From positions 38,429 through 102,428 of IMG/VR virus record IMGVR_UViG_3300022700_000069: a stretch of 64,000 nt of DNA; one strand, 5' to 3'. The notes below the pieces were generated by a model. The model was not told the DNA's origin. It did no database searches and was given only the letters and a program-made list of their open reading frames with translations. The translations under genes and the position numbers were made by a program. The stretch comes from a virus. Below are positions 41,200-48,139 of the stretch, piece after piece. How positions within the stretch are numbered: position 1 is the first letter of the stretch; each line of letters begins with the position of its first letter.

Positions 41200-42906
41200 A
41201 TGGGTAATGATACTAGAAGTAATAAAATATCAACATATTTAGGACCAAATTTTCAACAAAAATTAATATGGCAATTATTAGTTGAACCAGATTTTGCAAA
41301 AAATGTATTACCAAATATATTAGTTGAATATTTTGATGATCCACATTTAAAACGTTTTTTTCTTATCATGGACCAATATCATAAGGAACATGATAAAATA
41401 CCTAATCTACAAAATGGTAGTATTGATGATGCTATTTTTAAATATAAGAAACCAAATGATGAGGTTGAAGATAATATATTAAAAGCAGTACTTGATAAAA
41501 TAAAGTTGTGGAATGAAAGAGTAATTAATAAAAATTTATTGAATGATGGTGATATTGTTAGAACAGATACAATAAATTTTATAAAACAACAGGAATATCG
41601 TAAACTTGCTGAATATATAAATAATAAGACGAAAACAGGGGAAATTAGAACAAGTGCATTTAATCTTGAAGTTGAAGAAAAAATAAATAAAATATATCAT
41701 ATTGGTGATGATGAAGATTATGGGACTGACGTTGTTGATGATATTGATAGTGCGTTAAAAGAAGAATTTAGAAAAACAATTCCAACAGGTATTAAAGCAA
41801 TTGATGATGTTACTGGTCAAGGTCTTGGAAAGGGTGAAATTGCTTTAGTTTTAGCACCATCTGGAATTGGTAAAACAACATTTTTAACAAAAATTGCAAA
41901 TACTGGCGTAAATAATGGAAAGAAAATATTACAAATAATTTTTGAAGATACAATATCACAAATACAAAGAAAACATTATGCGATTTGGTCTAAAGTAAAA
42001 TTATCTGAAATTGATGATAATAAAGAATATGTAAAGGAAAAATCGCTTGAAAAATATAAAAAAATTAAAGAAAAGGGTGGTAAACTTGATATTGTTAGAT
42101 TTAGTCAAGAAGATACTAGTATTTTTGATATTAGAAATTGGATTGCAAGGCAGGAAAAGAAATTTGGTTATAAATATGATATGATTGTTTTAGATTATCT
42201 TGATTGTTTAGAACCAAACAAAAAGGAAAAAGAATTATTATCTGCAGAATTGTCAATCATTAAATCATTTGAAGCAATGGCTGCTGATTATGATATACCA
42301 TGTTGGTCAGCTATTCAAACAAATCGTAGTGGTTTTAGTGTTGATTTTGTTGAAGCACATAATACTGGTGGGAATATAAAAAGAGTTCAGAAATCACATT
42401 TTGTGATGTCAATTGCTAAACCATCTAAATCGGATAATTCAAATTTAGCTAATTTAAAAATATTGAAAGCAAGATTTGCTCAAGATGGGCATGAGTTTAA
42501 AGAGTGTATATTTAATAATGATTCTTTAGAAATTAGAGCAACTGATAATTTTTATAATATTCAAAATGATAAAAAATATGATGATGATGATATAGAAAAA
42601 ATCGATAATAAAGCAAATAAATTATCGGGTAATAGTATACAGCATAATATTATCAGCGAAAAAACATTTGATCATAGTGAACGTATTGGTGATACAAATC
42701 TTTTAGTTAATAATGATAAATTAAAAAAGGAATTAAATGTAAGTGATAATATAAAAAATAATAAAAATAATGATGATTTAGATAATGTTGATGATTTTTT
42801 TGAAAAATATGAAAATGAGGATTTTGAAAATGAAAATAATAATGATGATCATATAAATGATATAAAGAAAATGCGTAATGAACAGGGTGAAATAAGAAAA
42901 AAATAA
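41200..42906 (+). CDS. Replicative DnaB/gp41-like helicase
   Basis: PTGI..ID, APSGIGKTT, FED, VLDYLD, QTNRSG, KARF. Confidence 0.92.
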   Translation: MGNDTRSNKISTYLGPNFQQKLIWQLLVEPDFAKNVLPNILVEYFDDPHLKRFFLIMDQYHKEHDKIPNLQNGSIDDAIFKYKKPNDEVEDNILKAVLDKIKLWNERVINKNLLNDGDIVRTDTINFIKQQEYRKLAEYINNKTKTGEIRTSAFNLEVEEKINKIYHIGDDEDYGTDVVDDIDSALKEEFRKTIPTGIKAIDDVTGQGLGKGEIALVLAPSGIGKTTFLTKIANTGVNNGKKILQIIFEDTISQIQRKHYAIWSKVKLSEIDDNKEYVKEKSLEKYKKIKEKGGKLDIVRFSQEDTSIFDIRNWIARQEKKFGYKYDMIVLDYLDCLEPNKKEKELLSAELSIIKSFEAMAADYDIPCWSAIQTNRSGFSVDFVEAHNTGGNIKRVQKSHFVMSIAKPSKSDNSNLANLKILKARFAQDGHEFKECIFNNDSLEIRATDNFYNIQNDKKYDDDDIEKIDNKANKLSGNSIQHNIISEKTFDHSERIGDTNLLVNNDKLKKELNVSDNIKNNKNNDDLDNVDDFFEKYENEDFENENNNDDHINDIKKMRNEQGEIRKK

Positions 42907-42923
42907 AAAAAAATATAAGAAAT

Positions 42924-42955
42924 TGTAACATTTTGATTTTTTATACGTATTTATA
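42924..42955 (+). promoter_or_regulatory. ECF-type promoter TGTAAC-N16-CGTA overlapping the late motif GTATTTATA
   Basis: Same elements and spacing as 44120-44145. Confidence 0.6.
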
Positions 42956-43003
42956 GTCTCAAGTAAACAAATTAAAAATTTTTATATTTTTTTATAAAAA
43001 AAC

Positions 43004-43034
43004 TTGCATAGAATAAAAAGTTATTATATCTTTG
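43004..43034 (+). promoter_or_regulatory. Bacteroidota sigma70-type promoter of the RNA array
   Basis: TTG-N20-TATCTTTG. Confidence 0.7.
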
Positions 43035-43078
43035 TAAAAGTAAAATAAAATTGTTCTTTGAATATTTTTAAATTAAAT

Positions 43079-43219
43079 GGGGAGGTATGCAAATTAGCAT
43101 ATTTAAAATATGATCGCATTCCTCATCTACTGTGAGAACTGGTGATATTTACAGTAATATTAGGTAAAGCAAATTGTCCGTAAAACAATTGATTGTTGGT
43201 TCAAATCCAACCCTCCCCA
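43079..43219 (+). ncRNA. tRNA-Tyr(GTA)-like RNA with ~68-nt module inserted in the D-loop
   Basis: Acceptor GGGGAGG/CCTCCCC, D stem TGC/GCA, anticodon arm ATTGT-CCGTAAA-ACAAT, T arm GTTGG-TTCAAAT-CCAAC. Module at 43107-43156. Confidence 0.85.
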
Positions 43220-43232
43220 CTAAAAAAAAAAT

Positions 43233-43355
43233 GGAAAACTGTTTGTTAATTCAGTACAATTAGATCAGTTGGATAGATCACAAGCCTCTTAAGTTTGAAG
43301 TCGGTGGTTCAAGTCCACCATTGTAAAAACCATAATTTAACAAACAAATTATTCC
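43233..43355 (+). ncRNA. Module-wrapped tRNA-Lys(CTT)-like RNA
   Basis: Cloverleaf 43255-43325 with 6-bp acceptor TACAAT/ATTGTA, enclosed by GGAA-AACT-GTTTGTTAA...TTAACAAAC-AAATTA-TTCC. Confidence 0.85.
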
Positions 43356-43366
43356 TTAAAATATAT

Positions 43367-43440
43367 TGCGGGATAGAGAAGTCTGGAATCTCGTCTGGCT
43401 CATAACCAGAAGGTCGAGGGTTCAAATCCCTCTCCCGCTA
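43367..43440 (+). tRNA. tRNA-Met(CAT), initiator-like
   Basis: Canonical cloverleaf, TCTGG-CTCATAA-CCAGA, unpaired 1:72 (T/T), no encoded CCA. Confidence 0.92.
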
Positions 43441-43446
43441 CAAAAA

Positions 43447-43520
43447 GAAGAACTGTTAGTTTTTACAGTAAATTTGATGCAACTCAAAATTCTTACAAAC
43501 AAAAACTAACAAATTTCTTC
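43447..43520 (+). ncRNA. Minimal module RNA enclosing a small hairpin
   Basis: GAAG-AACT-GTTAGTTTT-TACAGTA...AAAACTAAC-AAATTT-CTTC. Confidence 0.8.
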
Positions 43521-43556
43521 TAAGTTATTAAAAAGTTCTTTAAAAAAAGATTAAAC

Positions 43557-43701
43557 GGAGGGGTAGATTAGTAATAATTTACATCAAATATTGACAAACT
43601 ACTCCTGTATTGTTGGAGAACCGACAATATTTTCAGTATAAAACGGATAAATCATTTGCATTTTAAGCAAAAGTCTGTGGGTTCGAGTCCCGCCCCCTCC
43701 G
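43557..43701 (+). ncRNA. tRNA-Lys(TTT)-like RNA with ~70-nt module inserted in the D-loop
   Basis: Acceptor GGAGGGG/CCCCTCC, D stem GATT/AATC, TTTGC-ATTTTAA-GCAAA, GTGGG-TTCGAGT-CCCGC. Module at 43587-43638. Confidence 0.85.
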
Positions 43702-43706
43702 CTAAT

Positions 43707-43855
43707 TTTGGGAAAACTAAAAGTATTTACAGTAAAATTGTAGGTTCGAGTCCTACTATTATCTCCATTAATTGATAATATGGTCAAATGGTAAAGACGC
43801 AACTCTTGAAAAGTTGATTATAAATACAATATAATACTTTTAAATTGTTCCCAAA
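43707..43855 (+). ncRNA. Module-wrapped circularly permuted tRNA-Ser(TGA)-like RNA
   Basis: Order is T arm, acceptor 3' strand+TCCA, linker, acceptor 5' strand, D arm, anticodon arm, all enclosed by the module. Confidence 0.85.
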
Positions 43856-44058
43856 TAATTATTTTGGGTGGTTTTTAATGTGGTTGATAAATTCTATAAA
43901 TAAATTGAGTAAACCCACCACTCAACGATTTTGAGGCTATTAATGCTAGAGTTTTTTATTAAAAAATGGGACGCATTATCTAACATTTGATGATTAAAAA
44001 TGGTTTTTTTCCTTTAGGAGTTTTTTCATAAAATTTTATATGGAAGAAGATTTTCATA

Positions 44059-44120
44059 AAAAAAAAATGGTGGGTTATTATTGGATAATTATATTCAATT
44101 TTAATTCATCATTTTTTTTT
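44059..44120 (+). terminator. Long terminator-like hairpin
   Basis: A9-TGGTGGGTTA...TAATTCATCA-T9, with G:U pairs on the + strand. Confidence 0.5.
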
Positions 44121-44146
44121 GTAACATTTATTTTTATAAATCGTAT
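44120..44146 (+). promoter_or_regulatory. ECF-type promoter TGTAAC-N16-CGTA
   Basis: Matches 42924-42950; about 40 nt upstream of ATG 44188. Confidence 0.6.
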
Positions 44147-44187
44147 AATATAACATTGTTTAATTTTAATAAATATAAAATCGTATC

Positions 44188-45804
44188 ATGAAGAACTTAG
44201 TGTTAGCAAATGACAAAGTAATAACAATCAAAAAGAATTTGATTGAAGGTATGACAATTGCTTCAGGTGCAAAATCATCAGCAACTTATTATCATAGTAA
44301 AGAGGAACAAACCCAAGCAATTAAAAATAATGTAAAAAAACTTTATAATCTATCTAAAGAACTTCCATTAATTGTAGCATCACAAAGAGGTGTAACTGGT
44401 AAGTTTATATCTGAGGTACTTTTAAATGAATTTAAAAGTACTCAAAGTGGTGGTGCATGTAATATTGTTAATCCTATTGATTGGTATGATGAAAGGATTG
44501 GTGATAAGGCACTTTTAACTGCATTATATAATTTGAATGAAGTTGGTATTACATATGTACTTCGTCTTTTTGTTGAGATGAAAAATGAAAAGATTAATAA
44601 TGAAAGAGCAAGAAAAATTATTCTTGGATTTTTGCTTGGTCATCCTAATTTTGAATTTTATTCATTGAAATATCGTAATAAAATTAGTGAGATATTGCAA
44701 CATGTGTATGGTATTAAAAAAACATCGGTTTTGCTTTCAATTGCAAAAAAATTCATTCAATCAGGTCTATATGATAATGATAAAGAAGCAAATATTGTTA
44801 ATGAAAATATTTTAAAATATACTTCTTTTGAAGATATTAAAATTTTTAAAATTTTGCTTTTTATCTTCAAAGAAGAGAATGGTATTTCATATCTTAAAAG
44901 GGATTTTCCAGTGCTTTTTGAATTTATGAAAGCTAAAAAAGATATTACAAATGTTACTAAAGTCCCTGAAGAAGTGCTTATTGGATTGATTTCAAATAAG
45001 AATCATCCACAATATGAAGAATTGTGGTCAACAGAATTAAAAAGAAAGACTACAAAAGCTATGTTGAGAAAAAATACTGAGGTAACATCGGTAAATCAAC
45101 AAGTTCGTCAAACAAAATCAACAGCTAAATTAGGTGTTGAAAAAAATGTTGATGTAAAAAAAGCAACTGATTTCTTAGCATTATATAAAACTGGTTATGA
45201 AAATGGATGGACTTCTGAATTGAGTAAAGCAATTGAAGAACTTGCAGAAAAGAAAAAAATTACTAATTTTTACTACAAAAATGTTGGAATTATTCTTGAT
45301 GATAGTAATTCAATGACTGGACATAAACAGCAATCTAAGAATACTCCAAAAGCAGTAGCAAATTTCACAGCAAAAGTTCTTTCAAAATCAGCAGAAAGTA
45401 CTATTGTATCAAAAGTTAACGATGAGGTAACAGATTTAGCATCAGCATTTGTTGACTTAATAAAAAGGAATGAAGATTATGATGCAATTTTTGTTGTTAC
45501 AGATGGATATGAAAATTGTTATGAGGGATTGTTTAATGAGGTATTGACAGCATATTTGTCAGAAACGAATAAAAATATGCCAATATTTCAAATTTCACCA
45601 ATTACTGGTGCTGAAATGGGTGGTAATGTTCGTAATTTGGGTGAAAATGTTGTAACAATGTCAATTAATGATCCTGTTGCAATTCAACCACAAATTAATG
45701 CAAGATTACTTGAAATTGATACCGCTCGTTGGTTGAAAAATCAAGTTCAAGCAATTGAACAAACAAATGTAACAAGAAAAGTAAATAAAAATATTAATGT
45801 ATAA
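44188..45804 (+). CDS. Ro60/TROVE-like protein: helical N-terminal region plus C-terminal vWA domain
   Basis: MIDAS IILDDSNSM, TDLA, AIFVVTDGYEN. 538-aa size and architecture are Ro-like. The vWA call is firm; the TROVE call is inferred. Confidence 0.6.
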   Translation: MKNLVLANDKVITIKKNLIEGMTIASGAKSSATYYHSKEEQTQAIKNNVKKLYNLSKELPLIVASQRGVTGKFISEVLLNEFKSTQSGGACNIVNPIDWYDERIGDKALLTALYNLNEVGITYVLRLFVEMKNEKINNERARKIILGFLLGHPNFEFYSLKYRNKISEILQHVYGIKKTSVLLSIAKKFIQSGLYDNDKEANIVNENILKYTSFEDIKIFKILLFIFKEENGISYLKRDFPVLFEFMKAKKDITNVTKVPEEVLIGLISNKNHPQYEELWSTELKRKTTKAMLRKNTEVTSVNQQVRQTKSTAKLGVEKNVDVKKATDFLALYKTGYENGWTSELSKAIEELAEKKKITNFYYKNVGIILDDSNSMTGHKQQSKNTPKAVANFTAKVLSKSAESTIVSKVNDEVTDLASAFVDLIKRNEDYDAIFVVTDGYENCYEGLFNEVLTAYLSETNKNMPIFQISPITGAEMGGNVRNLGENVVTMSINDPVAIQPQINARLLEIDTARWLKNQVQAIEQTNVTRKVNKNINV

Positions 45805-45815
45805 AACTTGAGACA

Positions 45816-46913
45816 ATGAATACAAGAGAATTTACAGAACTTTTAAAAGGCTGTCGTCCAATTAAGGATGACGAAGGAAACATCATCGTCCAAACAATTT
45901 TGAATATGCAAATTATTGGTCTTACTACTGATAAAGAATATTCTCTTGATGATCGTTTTGAAAATCCATTAACTGCATTAAGAGCATCTAATAGTTCTTA
46001 TGGTGAAGTTAGGTTTAATAATACTACTAATAAGGAAGTTATTGTACCAACTCAAATGGCTGTTATGACAAAACAACGTGCTCAAAATCATGGTATGACT
46101 AAAAGTGGTTATATTGGAAAAAATCAACAAACAACATTTCATGATGCAGGTTGTGTTCAAGGGTCTCAAGGTGGTACATTTAGAGATACTCAAGAATTCA
46201 GAATGCTTCCTGTTACAATGCGTGAAATGGCATTTAATGCAGTAAAGGATGGTCGTGGATATGACCGTATTTATCCTGCTATTCGTAATTTGGGTAAACA
46301 AACTCAATCAAATACTGCTGAATATTTGGATAAATATTTTTCAAAATATGATAAAAAATTAGAACAATTTATTGCACATTTTGAACGTCCAAAAAATTTG
46401 ATTGGTGTTATTGTAATGATCGATAATGAGATTGTTGCAATTGATAAATTTCCATCGTTTACATATGCAGAACAAGTATGGGATATGATGATTCGTGATT
46501 GCTATGGTGCATTGGCTATTATTTCTGAACTTGAGAATAAAACTGCAAACACTGTGTTTACAGATACATTTAAGGATGTTAAGCGTGAACATCAAGGAAA
46601 TGTGGTTGAAATGATTGAAACCGCATTAAAGAAAACTAAGAAATCAATAACTGATTCAGTTCAGGAAAAAATTGAGGAAATTTTAGAACTGGAATTTGAT
46701 GCAGAACGTGATAATGAAGGACATAGTTCAAATATGGGAGCACCTACATCATATATTCTAAAAAATGAGGGGTATACTGGACAAGTAATTACTGAAAGTG
46801 AGTATAATCACATGGTCAGTATTGTTAAAAAAGAATCTTTTGATGCAAATGCTCTTAGGAAGGTTAATGAATTACGTAGAAAGGCGAGATCACAAAATAG
46901 ATTTTCGTTATAG
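45816..46913 (+). CDS. ARPP-like (DUF6569-related) protein
   Basis: YGEVRF.N, AQNH, GCVQGSQ, GVIVMIDNEIVAID.F; 11 nt after the vWA gene. Confidence 0.55.
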   Translation: MNTREFTELLKGCRPIKDDEGNIIVQTILNMQIIGLTTDKEYSLDDRFENPLTALRASNSSYGEVRFNNTTNKEVIVPTQMAVMTKQRAQNHGMTKSGYIGKNQQTTFHDAGCVQGSQGGTFRDTQEFRMLPVTMREMAFNAVKDGRGYDRIYPAIRNLGKQTQSNTAEYLDKYFSKYDKKLEQFIAHFERPKNLIGVIVMIDNEIVAIDKFPSFTYAEQVWDMMIRDCYGALAIISELENKTANTVFTDTFKDVKREHQGNVVEMIETALKKTKKSITDSVQEKIEEILELEFDAERDNEGHSSNMGAPTSYILKNEGYTGQVITESEYNHMVSIVKKESFDANALRKVNELRRKARSQNRFSL

Positions 46914-46934
46914 ATAAATATTATTATTTAAATT

Positions 46935-46968
46935 AAACCCCATAAGAATTTCTTATGGGGTTTTTTTT
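46935..46968 (+). terminator. Intrinsic terminator closing the Ro-like operon
   Basis: AAACCCCATAAGA-ATT-TCTTATGGGG-T8. Confidence 0.9.
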
Positions 46969-47118
46969 ATTATTTTTTACTTTAATTGAAATTTTCTGTA
47001 TTTATAAATAACTGTTTGTATAATAGTATGCCGATTCAAAAAATGAATCGGCAACATAATTAACTAGACGGTCATTGATTTACATAAATTAATTGAAATT
47101 TTAATTAAAATAAGAAAT

Positions 47119-48135
47119 ATGACATTTTTTTCAAGACCTAATTTAGATGATATACAATTTAAACAAACACAAAATTCATCATTATCTCTTTCAGGTCAAA
47201 CAAGATTTAGAACATGGTCGGGATTAACATTAAGTGATGGTGCGGGTGGTGATATTATTGTAACAATATCTGGTGCATCATCTGCGACCACTGAAGGTTA
47301 TGTTTTAACATACATGAACGGATTAATTTCCCTTCAACCTTCAAGTGTAAGTGGTGGAACTTTCCAATTTGATACACATAGAGAAACAACACGATCAGGT
47401 ATTCCCAATGTTTGTGTTGGTGGTGATTGTACAGTAACTAATTTTCTTGAAGAATATTTTTTCCCTGCAGTTGCTCCACAAGCAACATTAAGTATTGCAA
47501 CTGGTGGTTCAACAAGAGAATTTGGTAATTGTGCTGTTGGTAATTTATGTTATGAAGGTATTAGAGAAACAAATCAAATTTGCCTTATTGCACTTGATAT
47601 AGATGCAGATGGATCATATGATGAATATCCAGAATCATCGCCAATTACCGGAGATTGTTGTGGAAATATTTCTTATACATATAGTTTTGGATGTGCTATA
47701 CCACCAACAGGAACATCTGAAACATCAATAAGTTTTAAGAATTGTGTTGAAGATGTTTGTGGTAAATGTGATATTGCAAATGCAAATATTACATGGAGAA
47801 ACAGGGTTTTTGGTTTGAAATCATCTACATTATACACAGATTCATCAATTTCTTCTGTATTAGGAAGTTCATTTATAAATACATTAGATACTAATAAATC
47901 TCGTGTAATTTCAAATGAAAATTTTAATAATCAATTTTTTTATTATTTATATCCATCATCATTTGGTGTACCAACTTTTACTGTAAATGGTTTACCAAAT
48001 AATGCTTGGGGTAATTCGACAACAGGAACATTATTTAAAATTAACTATACTAACACATATGGTTATTTAAATCAATATTATGTAGCAAGATCAGATAGTA
48101 GAATAACTGGAACATATAATATAAATATATCTTAA
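47119..48135 (+). CDS. Virion fibre-associated protein, Cys-rich
   Basis: N-terminus RPNLD..F.Q....LSLSG.T is shared with other fibre genes. Confidence 0.7.
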   Translation: MTFFSRPNLDDIQFKQTQNSSLSLSGQTRFRTWSGLTLSDGAGGDIIVTISGASSATTEGYVLTYMNGLISLQPSSVSGGTFQFDTHRETTRSGIPNVCVGGDCTVTNFLEEYFFPAVAPQATLSIATGGSTREFGNCAVGNLCYEGIRETNQICLIALDIDADGSYDEYPESSPITGDCCGNISYTYSFGCAIPPTGTSETSISFKNCVEDVCGKCDIANANITWRNRVFGLKSSTLYTDSSISSVLGSSFINTLDTNKSRVISNENFNNQFFYYLYPSSFGVPTFTVNGLPNNAWGNSTTGTLFKINYTNTYGYLNQYYVARSDSRITGTYNINIS

Positions 48136-48139
48136 TAAT

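Noticed and set aside
38290-42906. Inteins in the RecA-like or helicase genes
   Set aside because: Lengths are normal, and there are no splice-junction or LAGLIDADG motifs.
43599-43802. 67-aa minus-strand ORF
   Set aside because: It is the antisense shadow of the structured RNAs (GGTRTH comes from a T arm).
43079-43855. CRISPR array or group I/II introns as an explanation of the repeats and inserts
   Set aside because: The repeats are conserved in structure rather than sequence, the spacers are tRNA-like, no cas genes are present, and the inserts are only ~70 nt with no intron core.
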